From: the human T2T-CHM13v2.0 reference genome, Homo sapiens
DNA: 64,000 nucleotides
Reading direction: 5' to 3' (one strand)
NCBI RefSeq assembly: GCF_009914755.1
Contig: NC_060929.1
Shown here piece after piece: positions 44,536 to 57,399 of this stretch (positions within the stretch are counted from its first letter, which is position 1; every line of letters begins with the position of its first letter). The notes below the pieces were generated by a model. The model was not told the origin of the DNA. It ran no database searches and saw only the letters and a program-made list of their open reading frames with translations. A program made the translations under genes and the position numbers.

Positions 44536-46142
44536 CTTTAAGAAACGTGTCTATGTGTCAGATTTAGCCTTACGTCCAAAGCCTTCCAGGTTCCGGCCTC
44601 ATTCCTTGACCTTTTCTTCCAGAGACTTCAGAATGTCTTTGGGCATTCTGGAGGAAGGCCTGTTCCCTGGCTACACAGCCCAGGCCACCTAGAGGCACTC
44701 CTGGCCTTCCTGATGTTGGGGGGTGGTGGGGGTGGGGTGGGGGTGAGGCCCAGCTTACCGGGTGTTGCCTATTTAATTTTGATGTACAGATTTCAACAAG
44801 AGCAATTTATAAGTTTGACATTGTCAATGGTGGTCTGAATGGCTGCTTAGACTAATACAAAGGCTGCCAGAACCCATTAGCAAATCAATTGGGTAGTGTG
44901 GCATTTTTGAAAAGAAAATTATTTTTCTATTTTTGCAGGTTAGACAGCAGTGCTCCCTAGAGGCTCTCCCAAGGGGGACTGTGTGGCTGCCTTCTCTAGG
45001 TTGCGAATATTAATGGTTAGGACTCAATTGCTCCCCACTCTCCCTCCCCACAGCTCTGCTTCTCCTCTTTTCCTCACCACCAACAGGCTCAGCCTGTTCA
45101 CTCGTTCAGGCTGCAGGTGTTTGCTGAGTCTCTTCTATGGGTTAGGCTGGTCTAGGAACCTAAGCCATGGGGAAGGAATGAGCTCAAACCCCATGGCCCT
45201 GGTGGACACACTCCAGTACCCACCCGATGGCAGGTGAACTGGTGCCTGCAAGGGGGCAGGCTTGGGAGACCTGTCACTGTGGAACCAACTTCCAAGTCTT
45301 TGTTGAGCCCAGAAAGCACAATGGCCTTAGGCCCACTGCCAAAAGGCCCAGGCTAAGAGCTGGGAATTGAAAGACTGTGTTGAGGCCAAGGAGGGAGATG
45401 AGGCCCCACAGAGTACCCACAGGGAGGAGATCTCTAATGGTGAGTCTGTTTAAATTTTGCATTGTGACATGTGATGGAATCTCCCTTCCTGCCCCCACCA
45501 GAGTATCTCCATTAGGAGCTACGACTTCAGGCTCAGGGATGCCATGCCTGCTGAATATGGTCTTCCAGTGCTAAAAGATGGAGACCAGCCAACAAGCATC
45601 TGGGCTGTGTCCATAGCGGCAAAATGAAGGGCAGTGATTGGGTGGTCTGGTCCAATCCAAACTCTGGATGCAGCCCCACCATCAACAAGCAAAACTCATT
45701 TTGAGTTTTAAAGGGGAAAATATAGACAAATAGCACTTGTGAAACTAGAAAATAAGCAATAAACTTTCCCAGAGAGAAATCAATTCCTTCCCACCTTATC
45801 TTGAAGGTAAAGGTTGTCTATCTCCCACTTCACATATATCCAATGTTGAAAGTAACATTAGAACAAAAGTCATCTTCAAAACCAGCCCGTTATTCTAAAG
45901 GGCATAAAAGGCCAGTAGCATCTCTGAGAAATCGGAGTACTAGAAAGTTAAGGTAAAGATGTTCTCCGTATGTGAGAAAAGGACAGCTTGGAGAAAACTG
46001 TCTACATTTATGTAGGCAATAGTAAGTAAGACTGACACAAAGTATATATGATGAAATATTTAGGTTTATTAAAAAAAATCAAATTACCTTTTACCTACAA
46101 TGAGAAGGCTCAACCAGCTGATTCATAAAGAATCACAGAGGG

Positions 46143-46441
<299 letters not shown>

Positions 46442-46572
46442 TCAGAAGGTAGCAAGATTTTGAAATACTGCTGAGATACCCACAAGATCAAGGCCTAATT
46501 TTACCTCATCCCAGGTCTGCATATTCTCTTCACCTCAAGGCATTATTAATCTCAGCCTCCACATCCACTTTA

Positions 46573-46877
<305 letters not shown>

Positions 46878-46995
46878 TAGAGGTGGGGGTCTGGCTATGT
46901 TGGCCAGGGTGGTCTTGAACTCCTGACCTCAAGTGATCTTCTGCTTTGGACTTCCAAAGTGCTGGCATTACAGGCAAGAGCCACTGTGCCCAGCC
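46878..46995 (-). mobile_element. FLAM/AluJ left monomer
   Basis: Antisense left arm only, abutting the preceding Alu tail. Confidence 0.85.
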
Positions 46996-47079
46996 CCTTC
47001 AGCCCATTTTAGTGTGTTGACCTTGGAACTGGCTGTGAAAGGCTTCGTGTTTCTGTGTCTTGTAGACCAAAGTGACTCA

Positions 47080-47390
47080 GACATCACTTTGGACATACAT
47101 CCCCCAGGGGATCCTCTGAACATGCAGATTCTGGTATAGGAGGTCTGGGGTGAGGCCCAGGACCCTGCATTTCTGGCAAGCTCAGGTGACGCTGATGCTG
47201 CTGGTTCCCAGGCCCGCTTTGAATAGCCAGGGCCTAGCAATGGTTGCCAAGCCTGGTTGTGTCTCAGAATCACTTGTGGAGCTGGTCAAAGCAGACAGCT
47301 TCCAGGCCCCACCCCTACAAGAGGTTCTGCTGACAGGGTCCTGGGTGTGTGTTTTTAACAAGCTCCTCCGGTGATTCTGTTGCACCCTCC
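47080..47390. mobile_element. Two MER5-type MITEs
   Basis: atgcagattctgg...gtctggggtgaggcccagga...gatgctgctggttcc and cagaatcacttgtggagctgg. Confidence 0.7.
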
Positions 47391-48019
47391 ACTGTGTATG
47401 TGTGGGGGCCGGAGGGCCACAGGTGCCACCGCTGCTAGATCTGCTTCAGCTACTTACTCACCGCATGACCTTATCCAAGTCACTTAACCACTCTGAGTCC
47501 CGAGTCGTTCAACTCATGCATTGGGGTGGGGGTTCTATAAAACAACCCAGTTTGGTTAATGAAACATCATTAACCAAATATTAAAACATAGGAATCATCA
47601 TCAAACTATTTCATTTTCTCTCTCCACTACCCAAATGTCTTTCTGAAATGTTTTTGAGGGACTGTTAAGAATTGTTGCCTTCATACCTGCCACTAAGATA
47701 ACTCCAGTATATTGAGTGGATAGAGTAGTGTGATAAATGAAGCATTCTTATTAACCATATATGGTGACCCTATAAACCATTTACTCATCATATATTTCAA
47801 AGGATTAGGATGTAAGAAAATCCACTTAGCACTGAAAGTTTTTTAAAGCTATCACGGATTCAGAAAACCTCCTAGTGGTGAATAGGGCTTCAAGGACCTC
47901 ATTATACATGCACATCAGTATCTAACTGGAAGGATAGTTTATGAATGGTCAACTGCTTGAGGAAACTGCATGGCATTTTGTATTTTAAAGATATATTCAT
48001 GTCCAGCTGCCAGTTTTTT

Positions 48020-48240
48020 GAGAATTTATTATATGTCAGCCACTGTCCTCCAGGTTTTATATGCATTCTCTCTTAATCCTCACAGAAACCTGTGAAAGAT
48101 GTATTGTCATCCCCACTTTACAGATAGAAAGCTGAGCCCCAAAGAGATTAAATGATAATGTAAGCCAACTATCAAGTGAAAACCTGGTGTTCAAACCCAG
48201 AACTCTCTGCCTGCACAGACTATGCCCTTAATCACCATAT
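48020..48240 (-). mobile_element. MIR
   Basis: catccccactttacagatagaaagctgagcccc. Confidence 0.8.
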
Positions 48241-49459
48241 GACACTTCCACCTTTCACATCTACCACAATCTTTGACACAATCCATGACAGTTCTTTGAT
48301 ATAGATTGGGAAGACTTTTCCCCCTAGAGAGAGAAGAGGGTTTCGGGAAGAGATCAGAAGGTCACCTGCAAGGGGCAATTCAATGGTTTGTGTGTGCTGT
48401 GGTGGAAGAAGGTGTCATGTGTACCGACATTCTTTTCTCCAAACTCCATCCTTCTCCCTCCCAATACATAATCTAACCTAACCCCTTGGATCTCCTTCCT
48501 ATCCATGGCTTATGAATGAACCTCCACCATGAGTGGTATGGTACCCCTTTTACTTCCACCTGGCCAAGGGTAATGAATGTGTGCTACAGGGGGCTCCCCC
48601 ATCTCCTATGCATGGCAGGCATTGCTAATCGATGACAGCTCTTTCCTTCAGGAGCTGAATGTGGCCATGCCACCCTTCCTGGCAGACGACTCCAGTCAGT
48701 CAATCTGGGCTGAGATTTGAAAAGAATGTGGTTGCTTTTCAGCCTTAAGCCTTATACACAGTAATGGAAATAGCATGTAGAAATGGCGAATTAGAAATAG
48801 CACATATCTGAGAACTTCGAAGCCTGGGTTTTAATCCTGGCTCTGATGCCAACTTGTGACTTTGTGCAAGTTATGTCTCACTCTGGGCCTCAGTTTATCC
48901 ATCTGTAAGTGAGGGGGTATGCCTGTGCTATAGAGAACTTAAAGTCTCTTCCAAGAATAACATCCTAGGTTCTGACAGGTGTTCAAAGCCAGATGGAGCT
49001 CATCAGGGGAAAGAAAGGCCCTGTCTGTGTTGACAGGACTGTGTGATCAAACCTGTATAAGAAAATATCCCACACGTGAAAACCACCCTGGAGAGCCCAT
49101 TGTGCCTCATTGTCTGCGTCTGTGCAGGATAAAGCATCTATAAGTGGAAGAAAAAGCAAACACAGTGTCAGTTGTTCACATTATGAGAAACCACCTGTCA
49201 CAGGCCCCGCCTCCAGGCTGCCTGGAGTAGGTGGTCTCTCCAGAACAGAACTTCAGGTGTGGGGGCCAGGAATCCATCCTAAGTGACGTGGGAAGAGGGC
49301 GTCTGGAGCTTGAGGACACAGCTGCTCAGTTCTTCTGTAGCTCCCAGGCCCCAACTCTTTGTCTTCCCTCCCAAGCTGGGAGTCAGCTTGGAGTTGCTTC
49401 TCCTTTGCTGAATTGAGACATTCAGGACCCTGGCTGTGGCATTTCGTGCCATCCCAGAT

Positions 49460-50210
49460 GATAATGGCCAACATTTACCGAGTTCTCACAGGGTGCCAGG
49501 CACTGTGAGGTGCCTGGACACTTCTAACAGTCCTGTGAGGTAGGAACTACTATCATCCTCACTTTAGCGCTAAGGGAACGAAGGCTCAGGGAGGTTAACT
49601 TGCCCAAGGAGGCACAGCAGTAAGAGGCAGAGCCAGGAATCAGTCATGGGCAGGCAGGCTCCAGAGTCCTGAATTTTAGCCATATAACATGGCTGGTGGC
49701 TCCAGAGAGTCTCAGGTATTCTGTTGTATATTGTCTATGTAGCATGGTCAAATGACTGTCTTGCCTTTTGGATTTAAACTGTAGGAGGGCAGGGGCCATG
49801 TCTTACTCATTCTCCTCTGTACCTATGGTACCTGGCGTACTGCATGGCAGGTAATAGTCGGTGCTTGGTGATTCTCTGGTTAATGTATGCACACATAGAT
49901 GAGTGCATAGAATCCAGAAGGCAGAAGTTAAGGAGCCATGCCTCTTCTCTGAATTACAAAGTTTTTGAAAAGAAAGAATTTAAACTATGTATTAAATGCC
50001 TACTATATGCCAGGAATTGTTCTAAGTGTTTGGTGTGATTGGTTTCATTAATCATCATAACAACCAAATGAGGTACAATCCCATATCTCCTTTACATGCA
50101 GAGGAAGCTCAGGCTCTAGGATTATAGTAAATTGTTTAAGATCACACAGATTTAAGTGGCAGAGCTGGGATTCAAACTCAGGCCTATTTGACTCCAAAGT
50201 GCCATGATCA
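49460..50210. mobile_element. MIR (-) 49460-49690, L2 tail (+) about 49760-49900, MIR (-) 49985-50210
   Basis: MIR cores and L2 terminal ggagggcaggggccatgtctt. Confidence 0.75.
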
Positions 50211-50899
50211 TTCATGTCATTCCATGACAGGAGGCATGTTCTTATTAGTGTGAGTCCAAAATGAAACCACCCTGGCCGAAGTTACCTTCTTGGGTTGGAT
50301 GACAGCTCAATGACAGGAAGTGGTGGCTGCTTCCTCAGTGTCCCAGATAATGCTAAGATTCTAAGGCAGGGCCAGCAACACAAACCCGAGTTATGATTGG
50401 TGAAAGGAAGCTATCTGGGGCTCCAGCAGGGTTTTGCAGTCATAGAACCTAAAGCTGGAGCTTTATTAGTTTGCCAACACTAATCTTACTTAAGGAATAA
50501 AAGTGGGGGCATTGTACTCAGGAAAGATCTTGGACTGAGGCTAGGGGCCAGGAAGCAAGGCTTTTGGCAAGAGCCTGTGTCCTAAGAACTGACAATTTGG
50601 ACTGTAAAGATGGCTAGTAATCTAACCAGCCATTGACCTTTAAAAAGCTCCATCTCCTCACCTGTGTAATGAGGAGTCCATGGATAATCTCTAACATCCC
50701 CTCCAGCTCAGAAAATCTTCATTCCCAGAAGGCATGGCCATTCCTTACCTCCCCTTTCCCCCTTCACTGCTAAAATATCCAGTGAGAGACCACTGCGTCT
50801 TTGACTGGATCAAAGCCCTGGTAGAGAGGAAACCCCTAGGTAACAGGACATAATTACTAAAGACTACACAGGTGCCCACTGCAGGAAGAAATAGCCAGC

Positions 50900-51486
50900 A
50901 CATCCACTCATTCATTCAAAAGACATGTATTTTATTTCAGCCATGTACCAGACATGGTCTGAGTGCACTGATGAACAAACATAACAAAATGAAAATAAAA
51001 TTAACAAAACTAAAAGCTGTAGACAGACTCTATGCTGTTTCTTGCACCAAGACTGATGAGCAGGGTGAGAGTGGGAGGTGAGAGCCCATATTAATCAAAG
51101 ATTAACCAACATTAATAATACAAGCAAATAATATAAAACTATAATAGCAATAAGTACGTTGAAGACAAAATGTGAGTGTTATAGGAGTTTAGAGAAAATT
51201 GACCTAATGAGGAAGGCAGATGCTTGATCTGAGAACAAGGTGAACCGGTACCAGGGAACAGAACCTTCTGTGCAGAGAGAATAGTATGTGCAAAGGCTCT
51301 GTGGTGCAGAAAGCAGGATGGGTTAGTAGAATTGGTAAAAAGCTCTGTGTGGTTGCAGAAAAGGGTAAGAGGAGTCTGGAAAAGAAAGAGCCACGGGGCC
51401 TAACTACATATATTTTCTGTACCATGGTAGGAACTTTAATGTTTATCTTAAGAGCAATACTATACTATTTCAGGCATGCATGCACG

Positions 51487-51525
<39 letters not shown>

Positions 51526-51610
51526 AAGACAGAGAATTGGTCAAAGCTGTGCTTTGAAAAGACCACTCTGGGTATGATATGGAGAATGGACAGGGGCAGG
51601 TCAGGGTGTT
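50900..51610 (-). mobile_element. L2 3' fragment
   Basis: cactcattcattcaaaagacatgtat...tatgtgcaaaggctctgtgg...aagaccactctgg. Confidence 0.75.
51489..51524 (+). repeat. (TG)n microsatellite
   Basis: Read directly. Confidence 0.95.
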
Positions 51611-51942
51611 GTGACTGAGTCACAGAGCCTGGTGATTCTGTTGGCTCCTCCACGGTACAGAATTGCAGCATTCTTGCAGGGCAGAACTATGGATTCCATC
51701 TAGATTCCCTGGTGATCTACCTGCTGGAATCCTGCCTCCACCAGCATCTCTGGGCAGCTTCTGTACCCATGGGTGGGGGTGGGAGTGGGCTTCAATGTCC
51801 CACAGGCTCAGGGCATCTCCCAAGTGGCTGGTCACACTGGAGATGCAGCTTCCAGATGTGGAGAGCACAAGCATTCTGCCCTCCAGACAGGATCAGACAG
51901 TGAAATTCTGCCTTGGAAATCAAACCACACCCCCCACCCCAC

Positions 51943-51943
<1 letters not shown>

Positions 51944-51981
<38 letters not shown>

Positions 51982-51990
51982 ACACACACA
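51944..51990 (+). repeat. (AC)n microsatellite
   Basis: Read directly. Confidence 0.95.
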
Positions 51991-52719
51991 GTGGTACCCC
52001 ACATATCTGTCAGAGACTTTTTCCCCAGACAAATAATGATTTATGGGAGGCTGTTCTGTTTCCCGCCTTTCTCTTGCTCTATTTTAGGAGAATATAACCA
52101 GACCATGTGTTTTTGCTTAGCCTGACACATTCCGAGCAAGCTTTCTATATTCCGTGTGCTGATGAAAGGTCTTTGCTTAAGAAGTAGAAGAAAGAAAAGA
52201 AAAGAAAAAAAAAAAGTGAGCCCAACCCCCATCTCCCCTGGTTGGCCAAAGGAAAGGTCATTATCCATACCCTGGAGTCCCACTGAGGCCCCCCAGGGCA
52301 GCCTGAGCTGGCGCTCTTATGACCAGACTCTGGGGTAGACCAACACTCCCACACATCCCACTTCATGGATGAAGAAAGCTGGGAGGGATGAAAGGTGGGC
52401 GCAGTGGCTGCCTTTTAGCTTCTTAGACTCACTAAGCACTTTCCCTCCTTGGGGCCTTTGAACCTGTGGTTCTCATTGCCTAAAATCCTCTCCTTCCCAC
52501 TCTTCACACTGCTGATTGCTCCCCTCCCTCAGGGCTCAGCTGAAATCACATCTCTTCACAGCAGCCGTTCCTTCCCCATCACTCCATCCAAAGCAAGTCT
52601 CCCCGAAACTGTCCATCTCAGCACCCCATTTGTTTCTTTTATGGCAATGATCATACATGGTCATTATTACATTTAGTTTCTTACTTACTTTTGCTTTTTG
52701 CTTCTTTATTTCATTTGGC

Positions 52720-53248
52720 GAGGGGTTGGCGAACTATGGCCTACGGGGCCAATCTGATCCCACTCCCTGTTTTTGTAAATAAAGTTTTACTGGAATGCAG
52801 TCACTCATGCTTATTTCTTTTCTTTTCGAAATGGAGTCTCACTCACTGTTTGGCCAGGCTGGAGTGCAATGGTGCAATCCTGGCCTACTGCAACCTCCAT
52901 CTCCTGGGTTCAAGCAATTCTCCTGCCTCAGCCTCCTGAGTAGCTGGGATTACAGGCATGCACCATCACACCCAGCTGATTTTTGTATTTTTAGTAGAGA
53001 CAAGGTTTCTCCACGTTGGCCAGGCTGGTCTTGAACTCCTGACTTCAAGCATTCTGCCTGCCTTGGCCTCCCAAAGTGCTGGGATTACAGGCATGAGGCA
53101 CTGTGCCTAACCTCATGCTCATTTCTTTACAGAGTGTCTATGGCTGCTTTCACCACACAAGGCAAAGGTGAGTGGTTGTGACAGGGACTATTCTAAGCCT
53201 AAAATATTTACTATCTGCTGTGTTACAGAAAAAGATCAGTGACCCCTG
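52720..53248 (+). mobile_element. MER58A, split by an Alu and nested in L2 (about 52430-53360)
   Basis: aggggttggcgaactatggcc...cagtgacccctg ends. Confidence 0.85.
52821..53112 (-). mobile_element. AluS
   Basis: Antisense Alu; TSD tcatgc(t/c)-type ttatttcttt/tcatttcttt. Confidence 0.93.
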
Positions 53249-53873
53249 GATTAGACTGTCAACTCTACGAGGGCAGAGACTAAGCCTTGCTTGTCTAGCA
53301 GTGTGTTAGGTACCTGATTCAGAGTCTGGACCATCATAGGCGTCTGATAGGCAGTTGCTGCGAGACAAACCCTTGCAAATGCCAGGTTGGAACTTGTCGA
53401 ATCAATGACCAAGAGGCTGACCTTCATCTTCAAACCTCAGGCTCTCTTTTGTTGGCTTTATATAAGGCTTGCCTTACATTTAGTTTAAGTAAAAACCAGG
53501 AAAATATGTTTCAGTTTCCTACCATAGTGCCTTAAGCAAAATAAAAGGCAGAGTTTTAAGGGAGGAGGGAACCCCTCCAACTGGATTTTAAAAGACCTAC
53601 TGAGCAATAAATATCAACGATTATGATTTATGAGGCCACGAGGAGTTGTCCCTAGTTATAATAGCAAGCTCAAAGAAGGCAGCCCAAATGGACAGAAATG
53701 CAGGGGGCTACATAAAAGCAAATAAAATAAAATAATTTACTAGTTTGATTTTCCTCCAAGCAGGCAAACACTTCCTGCTGATAAATGGTGAGCATTTGTG
53801 CAAGTCTTAATAAAGCATTTGGGAAAACACTTCTGTAGCACAATCAAGATTTTTTAAAAAGTCACCCAGTCAT

Positions 53874-54081
53874 GGGAAAATATTAGGAACGATTTAACTG
53901 GACATAGTGATGGAATACTTTGAAAATTATAATTTGATCAGAGACATCCAATGTGGATTTATGTGAGGGAGAGTTTAATACCTAACCTGTTGGAAGTAAG
54001 TTTCCTGGATGAATTACTACCATGGGAGATAAGAGAGAGGCAGATATTTACATGCACTTCAAGAAAGCCTGGGGCATAGTT
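53874..54081 (+). mobile_element. Fossil CR1/L3-clade LINE reverse-transcriptase fragment
   Basis: Manual translation GKILGTI*LDIVMEYFENYNLIRDIQCGFM*GR / PNLLEVSFLDE / ADIYMHFKKAWGIV parallels CR1 RT motifs QHGFxKGRSCLTNL and YLDFxKAFDxV. Confidence 0.75.
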
Positions 54082-54594
54082 TTACGTATTATTGGCCAAC
54101 AAAACATACAAAGAGAGATTAGGAGCCTATGAAACACATAGTGCCAAAGCCCAAACTCATTTCATTTTTCAAGCTGGACAAAAGGTAAGAAGCCAGGTGG
54201 ATTGAGTGAAACTTACTGCGTATAAATAAAGCACAAACTGAGAAAATGTAAAATAATCCAGTTAAACACAGTCAACCTTTCAGCCTTCGGGTCACCTAAT
54301 AGAATTTGTTTTGAATCTTTCGGCCCAAATGTTATAACTGAGGCAAAGATATAACATAAGCCAGGATGAGCATCAAAGAAATTGCAGTCAATCTCAGTTG
54401 TTAGTAGGTGAACCCTCTGGAGATAAGCAAAGGGACCCCTTTGCCATAAGGCATGCCTGCTCTGTATCATCTGCACACATTGCAAAATACATTTCCTGAT
54501 GCCCACTAGGGCCCTTAATACATTTCCAGTGAAGAAGGCTCTAAAAGATAGTAGGTATGGTTGATGTGTCCAAAAGCGGTCTGCAGGTCACAAC

Positions 54595-54740
54595 CAGGAC
54601 CAGAACCAAGACTAGGGAGACGTGTCTGAGACTCACCCAGGGCACATCTCTAAGGAAGCACTCACATCCCTGAAAGAGAGAGGGCCTCCTTAAATGGTGC
54701 ACCCTGGGCACCTTGCTTGTCTCAGCACAGTCTATGCTGT
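54595..54740. mobile_element. MER96-like hAT MITE
   Basis: Internal inverted symmetry cccagggcac..taagga / tccttaa..gtgcaccctggg. Confidence 0.55.
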
Positions 54741-56449
54741 ATGTGGGACTTTGTTCATCTCAGAACAATTGAGCTCACCTGGGTCACTCTCAAAGGGTAG
54801 AAATGATCTCCTTCATTTAGGGTACTGTACTATGAAAGAGAAAACTCCTATGATTATAAATATCTATTGGAAGAAAAAATGGTTAGAACTTAAGATATAA
54901 GCCTATTCTCCTAGCATTTGAGAGATAAACATGTTGTTTAGGCGACTTTGCTCACTTCAACAAGGAAAGATACTCACTTTAAGTGGATCTAAAACAGAAA
55001 GATGGGTTTTGAAATCATAATAGCTAAGGAGCAAACGTTCAGGCTTTGATGGGACCTTTGCTCTTGTTACTCTCAAATATGAACTTGAGAAAGTTATAAA
55101 ATACTAAATTACTTTGCCCATATAGCCCCAAAATACATCTTTGTGGTTTTCATTGCATTTTGACCAATATTAAGTTAGTTTAGGAAAATATGAGTTCTGC
55201 CTACTCACACATGGGTCTCTTCTGGTGTATCTTTTGCTCATCCAAAATGAACTTCATGCCAACAGCACTTTGACATACCAGTGTAGCAAACTGCTATTAT
55301 GCACCTACCCTAAGTACAGACAGAATTCTTCTCTATCGCTTATCAGCAATGACACCTAAAAGTTTACTGTCTCTCCGAGGGCAAACTTTCCACTTGATTC
55401 TGAGTTGGTGCTTCTGGTTTCTAGGTAAATAGCTCAACAATCCCAGTTAGGATGTACTGTGAGGTGTCAACCTCTCCAATTGTGAACTCATGCCAGCGCA
55501 CGCTCTCTCTCTCTGTACTTCATCCTACCCTGTTTAGTGGGAGAAACAAGATCTGCTTTCTAAGCCACAAGATGGCAAGACCTCAGAGCTGAGTATCTCA
55601 ACAAGGAAAAATAAGCAACAGCGTGTGGTTCTCTTACCTAAGCAGGCCAAAGCTTAGGCAGTCATAATGTGCAGAAGTGCCTGAAGAGATGCTATATTGA
55701 TTATGAGATACGATTGTGAATTTTATTACCTTCCGGGAAAAAATAGGCAACATAAAAGCAAGAGTTTTGTGCCAGATGTAAGAATTAAACTCTACAGTTA
55801 TCTGATTAGCATTAGAGACATGTGCTTTGAATGTGAAACACTTGTAAGTCTCCCCAGGTGAGCTCTCGATCTTATCTGTGCCATGTATGTAGATTTTTAT
55901 ATGCCTGCTCTTCTCAAATGGGACCCAGATGAAGTTCAATCATTTGCCTAGAAGAGTCTGAGAGGTTCGCTGGATTTTTTTTTTTTTTTAATTTTAGAAG
56001 CCAGCATGATTTTTTATAAGAGAAAGGCAAAGCTTTGGGACTTTGCTTGGAATTGAAGGGGCAGCCTGGGTCAGGGCACCAGGAGGTATGAGACTGAAAG
56101 AGAACTAAAGGGATCCATCCCAGTGCTGCCTCTTGGTATGCTACCATGGGACTGCCCTCCTTGTCTTTACAATGTCAGCTCTGGGGACAAAAGCTTCTTC
56201 TTGAGTCTACATATTACACCTGGTGGTGAGAGAATCTCCTAGTCACTGCCCTCACACATATCTTAAATGCATCCTCCAAAATGTTGCTTGATTCTGCAAA
56301 ACCTATTTCTGGGCACTCTAAATATCCCCCATGCCTACTCCTCTTCTGTCTGGAGAGTTGCAAGAGAGATGCAAGTCAGAGTTAGGTCATGGTGTTCCTT
56401 CCAGCCTCTCCAACTTTAACAGCATCTACCATTTTGTTAAATGATGATC

Positions 56450-57399
<950 letters not shown>

